Below the pieces are notes generated by a model. That model ran no database searches. It was given only the letters and a program-made list of their open reading frames with translations, and was not told the DNA's origin. Source: Macrostomum hystrix (Eukaryota > Animalia > Platyhelminthes). From it: DNA of 64,000 bases. Location: assembly GCA_950097015.1 (NCBI GenBank), contig CATNEN010000039.1, positions 19,964,001-20,028,000 on the forward strand. Direction: 5' to 3'. The position numbers and the translations under genes were made by a program. This document shows, one piece after another, positions 1 through 11,944 of this stretch. How positions within the stretch are numbered: the stretch's first letter is position 1; each line of letters opens with the position of its first letter.

Positions 1-587
1 TGTGTGTGTGTAAGTCCCGAGCTATCACATGCTCGTATATTCTAATAGATTGAGCATTATTATCTAGCTATCTAGCCACTATCAATCTCCATCGGACACT
101 CAAACATTTTTGTTTGAATTTTCTTTAATCCATTTTGATCGGGGATTTACCCGACGTCAATCGTTCAGATCGGCACGAAATCTCGTATTTAATATCGAGA
201 TTCTGCAATATGTCCTATTCAAATCAGAGAGTATAATGATTAACCAACTCAAAATTAACTTGACAGTGGCTCCGAGGCACTGGCAAAAACATCAATGTAC
301 TTTTGCAATCTGCTTTGCGACCTATCCGAGAAGCTTTTCAACGTTTCTTGGAATATACAGTCGAGAGAAGATTTAGCAGTTATTAAGACTGTTATCGAAT
401 GAAGAGTCAACAAAAACATCATTTAATCCATCTAAATCCTTCAGATCCTTCGCGGACACTGATTGATTGACAGTGTTGTCGATTTTTTATGATTCCAATG
501 CAGTGTTTTTCAGTGGGATTTGAGTCTGACTTGAGCTGTGAGAATACAAATAAGGACAAGCTCTGTGGATAAGATGGTTTTTTCCAT

Positions 588-889
588 CAGTGGCGCAGCC
601 AGGATTTTTTCTAGGGCGGGGGGCCGCCACTTTATGCAGGGGGCGCCAATTTATGCAGGGGGCGCCACTACATTCAGGGGGCGCCACTTTATGCAGGGGG
701 CGCCACTACATGCAGGGGGGCGCCACTTTATGCAGGGGGCGCCACTACATGCAGGGGGGCGCCACTTCATACAGGGGGCGCGCCACTACAAGTAGGGGGG
801 GCGCCAATACGTGCAGGGGTGCCACATAGTTCGTCAGTCGATTGGCGGGACCGCGGCACCCCTTGCCCTCTCCCCTAGCTACGCCCCAG
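588..889. mobile_element. Non-autonomous hAT-like MITE with internal ~21-bp GC-rich tandem repeats, in an ACSL intron
   Basis: Imperfect TIRs CAGTGGCGCAGCCAGG (588-) / CCTAGCTACGCCCCAG (-889). 8-bp flanking direct repeat TTTTCCAT (580-587) / GTTTCCAT (890-897). Internal GGGGGCGCCAC repeats at ~618-830. Confidence 0.7.
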
Positions 890-907
890 GTTTCCATCCC
901 CATTTAC

Positions 908-2173
908 CAGTAGTGCCGCTAGTGTAGCAGAGGAGAGCCAAGCTGTCCCTACCAGGCGCTTGACTTGGCTCAGCGGGATTTTCCCGACCTGCCTTGAGCA
1001 ACTCCTGCCAGCTCCAGATCTGCTGCTCGGTCTCGCCAATTTTCGGCAGCCGGCCAGTCAGCTGAATAATGTAGCGCAGCTGGTTGGCACATTTCAGGCG
1101 TTGTAAATTGGCCACATGCTGCGGAGTTTCGCACAAAATGGTGGTGATGTTTGTCTGCTGCAAAATGAAGTCAATGGACTCGGAATTCAGAGTGTCGTAC
1201 AGCGGAACGGGCACGAAGCCGAATAGGAAGCAGCCAAGCTCCAGGATGATCCATTCGGCTCGATTCTTTGAGTAGATGCCGACAAATGTGTTTGGCTTTA
1301 GCTTCAGTACAATAGACAGGTAAGAGCCAGCGTTGATGGCCTGCGTATATACCTGCGGGAGAATTTTTCCGCGTTGAAATTCTCTTCAAATTTCGTCAAT
1401 TTAGACTGATCTTATGAAAAAAAAATTATGTGGTGTGGTTGTACAAGGGTTTGTAGCCTAGTGTTTGGTTCACTCAACTGTTAAATGGGTATCAGCATCA
1501 GCAGCAGAGCGGTTAACGCGTTTGCCTCTCGCACCAAGGTCCCTGAGCTCTATTCCGCGGCGAGGCCGCATTCATTTGGGGCGCAGCCGCGGAGAGAAGG
1601 CTTGGGGTCTTGTGTATACTGTCTGACGATGAGAAAGCCAGGGCAGATGTACACGCCTGTGTGAGCGTATGCCTGCGCACGGTATCTGTATACGCAGCCT
1701 TCCGATGCGCCGCGTATAAATAGCTGCGGCTGTGCTGTCGGCTGCACGTCTGCCCATTTAGGCAAAATAAACCAAAAGTTATTTTCAAAATGAAAGATTA
1801 CTTTGTCGAGAAATGTTTAGTAAAAAATCTGGCATCTTGAAGAAATATAATTAGCAGTCTCGCAAATGCTAATAGTACAAGTCGGATGAAGATTTTTACG
1901 AAATGATATTGCTGCGTGCCGTGTCACTGGGTGCTTTTTATAGTTAATAGGCTGTACTAAAAAGATTCAGATATTTCAATACAATTTCTTTGCAATTGAT
2001 AAAAATGACATATCGCCTACCTCCTGATAGGAGAGCCAGGTATACGGTGAATTTATATCGGTCCTGGTGCCCAAACACGGTCTAGAAGCTGAGATTTTCA
2101 AACCAGCCTTGAAGACGTCGATCAAGTTGACAATGGAATGCGCTTCGAACTTCTTTCTGAACACTTCCAGCCT
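908..2173 (-). CDS. ACSL: Long-chain fatty acyl-CoA synthetase (ACSL1/5/6-like), partial; continues off the left edge
   Basis: Exons 2173-2021 (RPCLGTR...PYTWLSYQE) and 1352-908 (VGIYSKNRAEW, VPLYDTL, LCYTSGTTG AMP-binding motif), with GT-AG ends and consistent phases. A possible upstream exon near 3572-3491 is uncertain. Confidence 0.9.
1444..1765 (+). mobile_element. Chimeric/nested SINE: family A head remnant + family B 5' part + family A 3' tail
   Basis: 1444-1500 matches the SINE-A head and central domain (36712 copy). 1503-1690 matches SINE-B (60635-60988 copy). 1691-1755 matches the SINE-A tail (TACGCAGCCT...GCTGTGCTGTCGGCTGCAC). Confidence 0.75.
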
Positions 2174-2334
2174 CTGTACAGTAGTCAGTAGGTTGGCGAT
2201 TAATGTTGACAACGATGCGCAAATATTACTTTTGTGTTAGTCAATCTAAAGGCACAGTTGTGTATACACTGCCTACAACAACCCCAAACCCTACCCCCCG
2301 CTGGTGTGACTGGCGCGTTCTGACAGGGACAGAA

Positions 2335-2515
2335 TGACAGAATGACATAGAGCAAGCAGTCTATGGCCAACTTTCTTCACGCGCTGACAAACTCCACAGA
2401 GTGTCTAGGAAGCCTTCTGTCGATCGATCGCTCTGTGTGTGGGGTTTGCTTTAAACCCCACACACTTTTTGCTTTAAAGTTGGCCATAGACTGCTTGCTC
2501 TATGTCATTCTGTCA
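2335..2515. mobile_element. Short MITE-like inverted repeat
   Basis: Perfect 40-bp inverted repeat at 2335-2374 / 2476-2515 (TGACAGAATGACATAGAGCAAGCAGTCTATGGCCAACTTT). Confidence 0.65.
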
Positions 2516-3249
2516 CTTTTTTATTCGACCTGTCTGTGCTAAACGGCAAGCTGTTCCGAGCCACTCCAGAATAAAAAAATACGGTGAAACAGAAAGTGTT
2601 GCAGAGATTCCCAGCTTTCATTTGCACTAATTTTCATTTGAAACGGATGGAAATTATGGATACTAGAGGCAACAGAAGCAACCGTACAAGAACTTTTGTT
2701 AGACAGTATATCTCCTGCTGCTTCAGTTGTGTATCAGACGGACGATAGTCTTTTTGTGCAGTCTTTTTGTTACATCGCTTTTCATTTAAAGACTACTTTG
2801 ATAACTGCGCCCCGAAAATGTTGCGTTGCTAGTTCTATTATTTGACCGAAAAAACCTGCGTATTTGCTTTGTTCAATCGAAATGTGGGTTGGGATTTAAC
2901 GGAGCTCAATATCATATCGATAGATCGAAACGACAGGCCAGAAGAATTGGAGCAGTTTAAGAGGCTAGATTAGCTTGCCATGCTGGAACGACCTTATTGC
3001 GAGTCTGAAAGTAGATCCTATCGTTGCACAGCACTTATGTCAATTTGCAATGAAGACGTATATTTGTTTGATCTGGACACACGTGGAGAGATCAAAATCA
3101 AGATATTCATTTCGCAGAAGTTTGTTGTTCGTGGGTCAATGTGATTAAACCGATATGAATTCGCCAAATTATGTTTATACAGAACCGTGTCATTTGTCAT
3201 TGTCACCAGAGACTTCGACAAGAATCGCAGAATATCTGTCTCGACGATA

Positions 3250-3335
3250 CTGGCTCGTACGGCTTGGAAAATTAGTTCATCATCGAAAACTTTGCTTTAG
3301 ATGGTGGACTTTCACGAAAATCGGTCATTCGGTTT
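3250..3335 (+). repeat. Dispersed repeat fragment, second copy at ~59840-59930
   Basis: Both copies share GAAAATT(A/G)GTTC and AGATGGTGGACTTTCA(C/A)GAAAATCGGT(C/T)ATTCGG. Confidence 0.55.
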
Positions 3336-4452
3336 GAGAGCGATTGTGAAATTGGCAGTGGGTATTTGAAATTCGCGGTCTTTCTTTCTACTGTTAACGC
3401 TTTCGCCAAACTAACACTTCGCAACTTCGCCCCGTAAAAAGCTGAACTTTTTACCTTTTTTTGCTGGTCAATTGACGAGCAGCTCAGTACTTCATCGCCC
3501 TCGGAGTTCTGCGGATCGACTTGATTTTGTGGCATCTTGAGCCAAGTCTTATTGGCAAACTTCTATACGTATAGTTCCGAACACTCAGGCGGCTTAATTT
3601 GTGTTGTCTTCTGTCTGCTCTTTTTCCTAACGATCTTTACAATATTTTTGTATTCTTATCTAAATTGAGAAGTACACTCTATGGCTGAAGCAAGCGCCCG
3701 AAGTAAAAAATAGTTGTCCTATGAAAAGAGGCTTCCATTATCAATCTAGGCCACGCCCATATTTTTCTTACGCGGATTTTTTCAGCTCTCACCCATCATT
3801 CGAATTGGCTAGGAGCAGATAAAAAGCCTTGCCCGTGTAGTCTTAGGCCGATTGGACAAGACAAAAATCTCCTTTTCAAATTCTGTAGATCATTTCCTAT
3901 AGCTCCTAATTGAAAAAGGATAGCTGCGAATCTAAGAATTTTCGCAGACATCCGGAATCAAATAATTTCGCACCGATTCTTCTGTCGAGATTAAATTCGC
4001 TGATTACGTCACGCCAAGTGGCAGATAAAAGTACATTTCAGCGCTAAATTGCACTCTTATAAGTTCCCTTTCGCTATTTTTGCTATGTTTTGTTTATCAC
4101 AAGTAACTGCTTTATTTTACCATAGACTATTCGGTTTGTTTTGTCGAGATAAATCAAGTTAGCACGATTTAAATTTTCCAAATCTTGAAAATTCACACTA
4201 TTTTGATCTTATTTAAAACTGCACATTTTTGTTATACTAAAATATCAGTTATTTTGGATGACGATTTTTATTAACATAATATAGTTGACACATAATACAG
4301 CTTACAAATTCCTTTGTACAAAAGCGATCTATGATGAAGCACCAAATAAGGTTCTTTAAAAAACGGAACTATCTTCAAAGAAAGCATAGGAAGTTTAACG
4401 ATGAAACTGAAGTAAATTTACTAATCAGAAGAATTGAAAGTATTAGCTCAGA

Positions 4453-7400
4453 TCAAAAGTAGAGTATCTCAGGCTGTTGTCTATCATCTCTTGTGCTGTC
4501 CATCACTACCACCGGCTGTGAGCATGTGTCGCTCATGGATTCCATTCTCAGATAGCAGTTTGGATAAACTGAAGTTCTTCTCTGCCGATAATTTTCAAGT
4601 TCTGACGGTATCGCAATAATTGAAGCTTGCCTGGAGGCGGCAACCCGACTGCTCATACTTTTCACCATAGAACGACACCGCCGACGACCGAAAGCAAGTT
4701 GAGCATAGTTGAATAATAGCTGAAGCACCTCGAGCACTGTTAGCACACTGACGCCAATCCAAAGGCCGAGATTTCCGCCAAGGTCTGACAGCAGCTTTTC
4801 AATGGTGTAGGACAGCTCTTCGACTTCCAGATCGGCCAGGTAGCTCTCGGCTAGGACGTCAATTTTGGTAACTCTCTGCTTCAGCTCGCTCATTAGTAGG
4901 CTTTGATTTCTGGCGAATGCGCCCAGTATTGTGAATCTGCGATGTAAATTGTGTGGTGTTTATTAACTAAAAAGCTGGTCGCTTTGCTTTCTTATTGGTT
5001 GATGACTGGGGATGAGATAGAAAACTTTTAACACCCACCCCACTCCATTTTGGTCACGTGGTTTCAGCCAACCCCACTCCAAGCTTTATTTTTTAACCTT
5101 GCTGTATTGTCTTTGCTTTGAGCTTGGAAATTTATGGACCTACCTAATTCACATCGTCCCAAGGAGGTGACAACTTAATCCTCAAGATCGCACTCAGCCA
5201 TGAAAAATTGAATTCACCTGGCACTGCGGTTGGCAGCGTCGAACATGCTGTTTAGCCGGGACACCAGCACTGGGTAGGCAGCCTCCGATGGCCACTTGGC
5301 CATAGAAACAATGCTAGAATAGGACTGACTAACGCAAGGATGCGCGCAGCTAATTAAATCCGAGGTTGTCGCGGTCGCCTCCGGACTATTGAAGTAGCGA
5401 TCGTGGCACAGGCTGCGATCAGTCAGACGGTCGACCACCTAGGGTGATAAAAGGTTTTTATGCTAATTGTTGTGTCGTGCTATTGGTTGTTAACGGTTGT
5501 TTTTTTTTTCTATGCTACTTGAAGTAGACTGAAACGTTCGCGCTATTCTTGCGTCTGATTGGCTGGGCTGCTCGTCGCTTGTAATATCGATCGTTGGGTT
5601 TTTCTAGGTTTTACTAAACATGAAAAATACAAATGTACGCCATTGCTTTAAGCGCCTTTCTGATGTGACTATTAGCAAATTGAATTCTCACCTCGCGAGC
5701 TGTCCTATTCCAATTAATATAGAGCGTCTGTGACAGGTACACTAGCCAGTTCAGGTCCACATAGTGACACTGGTCCCTGAGCTGGTACTGCTCAAACACC
5801 GGATAAGCGTAGGAAATGCAGCCGCACTGAGAATATATAAAGGCCTGGTAGGAACGCATCAGGCAGACCTCTTGGTCGTAGGCGAACTCCGTCAGCTCAT
5901 TGTTGACTCGATCGCGTACTCGAACTAAGCCAGCTGATTGGTCAGCCTGGCAGGGCTTTGCGGGTGTTGGCAGACTGCGCGTCTCCAGCATCCTCACGCT
6001 GAACTGGTAGGCCTTGGCCGAAGCCATCGTGACGCCGCGAAACTCCGGCACGGGAAATGTAGTGTGCGGATGAATCACCGTCTTGATGCCTTCGACTAAA
6101 TCGAGCAGATCACCTTCGGACCGGCCGCTGGCTGCCAAAGGCGGACCGCTTGAACTGATTGCGATGTCGCTTTGACTCTCGTTGTGTGTGTACAGCACCA
6201 GCCTCATACCGTAGGAGAGCAGGTCCACCTTGATCCATAGACGAATTATAAAATGGGCGTTATAATTGACCCCTGTTAAGCCAGATGTACAGTGGCATAG
6301 AAGCAATAGATAATTTATAATAATCACTTGCAGGAGGGCTGCGGGCAATGGCAACTAATTAGGTGACAATAGACCTGCAGCTAGCGAAGAGGCAATTTTG
6401 TCTAATTCGCTGACTCCTGAGCACACAGGAGAAATAGCGTAGTCTTTCTCCAGGGGGGGGGAGAAATAGCGTGGTCTTTTTCCAGGGGGAGAAATAGCGT
6501 GGTCTTTCTCCAGGGGGGGGGAGAAATAGCGTGGTCTTTCTCCAGGGGGGGAGAAATAGCGTGGTCTTTCTCCAGGGGGTGAGAAATAGCGTGGTCTTTC
6601 TCCAGGGAGTGAAATAGCGTGGTGCTGATTAATTCAAGAAATAATTTGAGACTTAATTAAATTTAACTTTTGTTTAACTTTCCGTCGCCATAGCAACGGC
6701 GACCTTGCGACTCACCCTGTGATCAACCGTCTCGCCCATTCGGTCGTTGTGAAAAGTGTAGCAGCCACGGTACTGACTGCTGCTGTGCTGACTAAACATG
6801 CTGGCATTGCAGGGCAGGCCGTGAACTACACAATCTACAAGAATGTCCTCCAGTGGCAGATAGTAGACGCTCTCGTTGAGACTGCAGTAGCTGGAACGAT
6901 TCGGCGAATTCGCTATCAATAAATGCCAGAGTGAAAGAAGCTAATAACGCGTTCACTCAATCTTTCACTCAATAAATGCCAGAGTGAAAGAAGCTATTAA
7001 CGCGTTTGCATCTCACGCCTAGTTGCCCGAACTCAATCTCAGATAATCCAGTTCTCCAAATCTCAGATAATCCAATTCTCCAAATCTCAGATAATCCAAT
7101 TCTCCAATATCAATCCACGCAAGAAATTTTCCTACAGTTCAATGCAAACATTTTCATGTGAAACATGTGAAAAATTTTCACACCACGCAGCGCGAAGAGA
7201 CAAGGCTGGGCAGTACGCGGGCGCCGGCTGAAATACAACCTAGCCCAAAGCGGAGGGGTGGGTGTCTGGGGTGGGTGTTTACACCCAATCAGCGAGTGCC
7301 GATTGGACACAAAAACAGATTGCAGAGAATTTAGCTTGTAGATCCGCCCCTTTAGATTGTAGATCCGCCCCTTTAGATTGTAGATCCGCCCCTTTTGATT

Positions 7401-8309
7401 GTAGATCCGCACCTTTAGATTGTAGATCCGCCCCATTAGATTGCAGATCCGCCCCTTTTGATTGTAGATCCGCCCCTTTAGATTGTAGATCCGCCCCTTT
7501 AGATTGTAGATCCGCCCCTTTAGATTGTAGATCCGCCCCTTTAGATTGCAGATCCGCCCCTTTTGATTGTAGATCCGCCCCTTTAGATTGTAGATCCGCC
7601 CCTTTAGATTGTAGATCCGCCCCTTTAGATTGTAGATCCGCCCCTTTAGATTGTAGATCCGCCCCTTTAGATTGTAGATCCGCCCCTTTTGATTGTAGAT
7701 CCGCCCCTTTAGATTGTAGATCCGCCCCTTTAGATTGTAGATCCGCCCCTTTAGATTGTAGATCCGCCCCTTTAGATTGTAGATCCGCCCCTTTAGATTG
7801 TAGATCCGCCCCTTTAGATTGTAGATCCGCCCCTTTAGATTGTAGATCCGCCCCTTTAGATTGTAGATCCGCCCCTTTAGAACTCACCGTATCTTGGAGA
7901 CCAGTTTAAACAGATCCGGAAGTCGAGTAAAGTTCTCCAACCTGTACTCATCCAGGCCAGTCTCAAGCCCTTGCAACAGTCGCGACTCGAATAGTTCTGG
8001 CCTGTCAAGAAAATTTCCAGCAATACAGAAGGTCAAGTCGGGGAAATGGAAAGCAACAGACTGCGATAGCCGCTTCACAGATACCGGATACTGCTTGTAC
8101 TGGCCGAGAAGGATACTGAACTGAACTAGGAAGCCAAGAATACTAGCCACTGTTAGCAATGACCAACAGATTCTGGCGTTCAGAGTTCGCGCATTCACCG
8201 CTCTCCGAACGCCGTGCATGGAAGTCATGTCGGAGAATTCGGCTAGCAGTCGACATGACGAAGAATGACATGTTGACTGCGGCGGCGGCTGCGGCTGCTG
8301 CTGCTGCAT
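4453..8309 (-). CDS. DEG/ENaC (amiloride-sensitive sodium channel family) subunit
   Basis: Exons ~8309-7888, 7227-7184 (tentative), 6912-6716, ~6228-5692 (acceptor uncertain), 5438-5218, 4936-4453. Motifs: N-terminal TSMHG, TM1, FPDLTFC, YRGCYTF, Cys-rich CGC region, and TM2 SDLGGNLGLWIGVSVLTVLE with the GxS filter. Confidence 0.92.
6312..6427 (-). mobile_element. 5'-truncated SINE family B (structured 3' tail only)
   Basis: Aligns to 60635-60742 (TGCAGGAGGGCTGC...GCTGACTCCTGAGCACAC) and has an AT-rich tail. Confidence 0.7.
6428..6625. repeat. Minisatellite, ~29-33 bp unit GAGAAATAGCGTGGTCTTTCTCCAG(G)n
   Basis: 6-7 tandem copies with a variable G-run, in an ENaC intron. Confidence 0.9.
6684..6697. 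promoter_or_regulatory. RFX X-box-like motif GTCGCCATAGCAAC in an ENaC intron
   Basis: Matches GTNRCC-N(0-3)-RGYAAC and lies ~20 bp from a donor site. Confidence 0.4.
7336..7880. repeat. 21-bp minisatellite TTGTAGATCCGCCCCTTTAGA, ~26 copies
   Basis: Near-perfect tandem copies abutting the ENaC donor site at 7887. Confidence 0.97.
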
Positions 8310-8614
8310 GGCACTGCGCTGTCTTTAGTCTGTAAAGCAACTCTGAATTGACAGTAGAAATTATAAGCTTTTTATAATAAAGTGCCAATATTTTTAGTCT
8401 AGTAAAGTTTAACAAAACCAGATGTTCTCTTTCTATATTAATGATTGACGACCTGGGTGTAGCTTTTCTTGTCAACTCGCTCCGGCTTGTCACCAGGCGA
8501 TTGAGGAATTCGCACAAAAAAGACGGCACTCAACACCGACTCAATACTGTGTGCGAACTGAACCAGTTTAGTGCCTTGAACTGCTCTTAGGCTCTTCTCA
8601 TATATACTGAAATC

Positions 8615-9578
8615 ACAGCTCGGATCCAGTTGCAATGACAGCTCTGATCCGGTTGCAATGACAGCTCGGATCTGGTTGCAATGACAGCTCTGATCCGGTT
8701 GCAATGACAGCTCGGATCCGGTTGCAATGACAGCTCGGATCTGGTTGCAATGACAGCTCGGATCTGGTTGCAATGACAGCTCGGATCCGGTTGCAATGAC
8801 AGCTCGGATCTGGTTGCAATGACAGCTCGGATCTGGTTGCAATGGCAGCTCTGATCCGGTTGCAATGACAGCTCGGATCTGGTTGCAATGACAGCTCGGA
8901 TCTGGTTGCAATGACAGCTCGGATCTGGTTGCAATGACAGCTCGGATCCGGTTGCAATGACAGCTCGGATCCGGTTGCAATGACAGCTCGGATCTGGTTG
9001 CAATGACAGCTCGGATCCGGTTGCAATGGCAGCTTGGATCCGGTTGCAATGGCAGCTCGGATCTGGTTGCAATGACAGCTCGGATCTGGTTGCAATGACA
9101 GCTCGGATCCGGTTGCAATGGCAGCTCGGATCCGGATGCAATGACAACTCAGATGTGGTTGCAATGACAGCTCGGATCTGGTTGCAATGACAGCTCGGAT
9201 CCGGTTGCAATGACAGCTCGGATCTGGTTGCAATGACAGCTCGGATCTGGTTGCAATGGCAGCTCTGATCCGGTTGCAATGACAGCTCGGATCTGGTTGC
9301 AATGACAGCTCGGATCTGGTTGCAATGGCAGCTCGGATCCGGTTGCAATGACAGCTCGGATCTGGTTGCAATGACAGCTCGGATCCGGTTGCAATGACAG
9401 CTCGGATCTGGTTGCAATGACAGCTCGGATCTGGTTGCAATGACAGCTCGGATCTGGTTGTAATGGCAGCTCGGATCTGGTTGCAATGACAGCTCGGATC
9501 TGGTTGCAATGACAGCTCGGATCTGGTTGTAATGGTAGCTCGGATCCGGTTGCAATTGCAGCTCGGATCTGGTTGCAA
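8615..9578. repeat. 23-bp minisatellite GACAGCTCGGATCTGGTTGCAAT, ~42 copies
   Basis: Tandem array; source of several spurious ORFs. Confidence 0.97.
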
Positions 9579-10175
9579 TCGTAATAATAATAATAATATA
9601 CTAAAAGCTGCATGGTTGCTATATTGAAGCCTGTATCTGTCTGATCTTGATTCTTCAACAAAAAGTTTTCAAAAACACATTGTTTATTACATTCGGTTAA
9701 TCTGTCAAGATTTCGCTCTAATGCTGAGTCTAGAATGGGTCCATCCTACTGAATAGTAGGCTGTCTCACCATCGACAGTATTTTTCAACAAGATAGTTAG
9801 GCAATGTTCACATATCGCTTGTTTAGTTGTACTTTTAAATTGCCTATCTCATTTGACTGACGCGCGTTTCCCATCAATAAAGTGACTCAATTTTCAAAGC
9901 CCTGTTTATCGCATTCTGTTCTGAATGTTTGAAGCATGTTATGAAAATTTATTAACAAAAGGTTGTTTTCTCAGTTTTTAACAAATCAAATTAGTTTAGT
10001 ATAGCGATTTTAAGACAGTATTTTTTGCCTTTAAATTGAAAACAAACAGCTGCTTCGAAGGCTAAGATCGAAAGAAAACACAACTAGAAAACAGAAAACA
10101 TTATAAAATATACACTTGAGGAAAATTAGAACATTATTTTTCGTTGTCAGACAATTAGTCGGATCCTGTTCTTCA

Positions 10176-10344
10176 TCACTTGTCGTGACCGTGACCGTGA
10201 CCTTGGCCGTGACCGTGACCGTGACCTGTCAAGGATGAAGACGCATCAGTTTTAGGGACAATCTGTTGACACACAGGGAGTAGTTAGATTAAACTTACCG
10301 TGACCACCGCCACCGCAGACTAGTTTGCCGTTTGCTCCGCCCAT
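10176..10344 (-). CDS. 31-aa Gly/His-rich microprotein MGGANGKLVCGGGGHGHGHGHGQGHGHGHDK
   Basis: Coding exons 10344-10299 and 10225-10176 joined in frame by a 73-nt GTAAGT...TTGACAG intron. Tandem TGA TGA stop. Acceptor TCTCAG 2 nt before the ATG. AATAAA on the minus strand at 9953-9948. Confidence 0.7.
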
Positions 10345-10638
10345 AGCTGAGATTTAAAATTGCAATCTGTCCTTTACACTAGGTCCAAGTTGTGTTCAAT
10401 TCTGTTTTTGATTTTTAGGGACTATACTTAGTAGCTAACCTGGGTCTGTATTTATAGACGCATCTTATATGGGGTGGCTACTCTGGGCATGTGAGTCTGG
10501 TGTACGCCTTGTTGCCAACACAATGGAGGGTGTATAGAGAGTCAAGTATTTATTTTCTACGCCTAGACTGCACATGGCTTTATAATATAAATTATAAATT
10601 CCCAACGTAGTATATCGTGAATTTTTATTGGTTTCAAA

Positions 10639-11238
10639 TGCGAAACTTTCCACTGAGTTTATCAAGAACTGCGAAACTTTCCACTGAGTTTATCAAGAAC
10701 TGCGAAACTTTCCACTGAGTTTATCAAGAACTGCGAAACTTTCCACTGAGTTTATCAAGAACTGCGAAACTTTCTACTGAGTTTATCAAGAAATGCGAAA
10801 CTTTCCACTGAGTTTATCAAGAAATGCGAAACTTTCTACTGAGTTTATCAAGAAATGCGAAACTTTCTACTGAGTTTCTCAAGAAATGCGAAACTTTCCA
10901 CTGAGTTTATCAAGAAATGCAAAACTTTCTACTGAGTTTATCAAGAACTGCGAAACTTTCCACTGAGTTTATCAAGAAATGCGAAACTTTCCACTGAGTT
11001 TATCAAGAAATGCGAAACTTTCCACTGAGTTTATCAAGAAATGCGAAACTTTCCACTGAGTTTATCAAGAACTGCAAAACTTTCCACTGAGTTTATCAAG
11101 AAATGCGAAACTTTCTACTGAGTTTATCAAGAACTGCGAAACTTTCTACTGAGTTTATCAAATACTGCGAAACTTTCCACTGAGTTTATCAAGAACTGCG
11201 AAACTTTCCACTGAGTTTATCAAGAACTGCGAAACTTT
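10639..11238. repeat. 31-bp minisatellite TGCGAAACTTTCCACTGAGTTTATCAAGAA(C/A), ~19 copies
   Basis: Head-to-tail copies with no spacers; probably in the 5'-UTR intron of the His-peptide gene. Confidence 0.97.
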
Positions 11239-11442
11239 TATTTTAAAAGTAAAACTACATATTTTATATAGCCTTGCGTGACGGTGCATTTAAGGATAAA
11301 TACGAGCTAAAACACGTTTTAATATCTTTATGTTAGTGTTTGGAATGAGTGTACATTAATTAACCTGTCATTCAATTATGCTCAATCCACCCACACCCCA
11401 GAAATGTGCTCTCTTCTCTGAGCCCAAGAGCGAGACAGCGCT

Positions 11443-11466
11443 TGTTTATTTGGTTACCATGGCGAC
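11443..11466. promoter_or_regulatory. Forkhead-like TGTTTAT + RFX X-box GTTACCATGGCGAC, candidate promoter of the His-rich microprotein gene
   Basis: Motif matches; a minus-strand donor CAG|GTTAAT at ~11365 would define a non-coding first exon. Confidence 0.55.
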
Positions 11467-11944
11467 CACAGTTAAGGTCAACGAATAGGAGCGATGGGCT
11501 AGAAGGGTTAGGCTACCCTCTGTCTGTACTTCTTTCTAACCCAAGGTGAAATAATGTTTTTCTCTCTCTCGACAAAGCGCGGAATGATGGATACAATAGC
11601 ATAGATGAAGCATTTTATAAAGGCGAATATTTACTTTGACAGCCTGCTATATACTGAATGCTTATAGAATAGCTGAAAACACTGTGACATTTAATTGGTA
11701 CCTGCGTGATAGTAAATTATGAGCTTGATAAAACAACATATTTTCCACATGGAAACCAGGGCTTTAGTCGTCACTTGTCAGACAGAGTGGCTGAGCATGG
11801 GTGGGGCTGGGTGTGTCACAGACGTTTCAATAAAGCTAAACAATGAACCTATTGAATGCAACTTATGTGTATTCGACGAGGTACTGCAGCTTTTCAGATG
11901 GATTTGCGAGACAGAAGATAGGATTTAAAACAGCTAGCAGTTCG

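Noticed and set aside
7262-9661. Repeat-rich ORFs (DCRSAPL, SKGADLQ, QPDPSCHCN)
   Set aside because: Translations of minisatellites lying in an intron or upstream of the ENaC coding region.
10639-11238. 31-bp repeat of CRISPR-like length
   Set aside because: Units are contiguous with no unique spacers.
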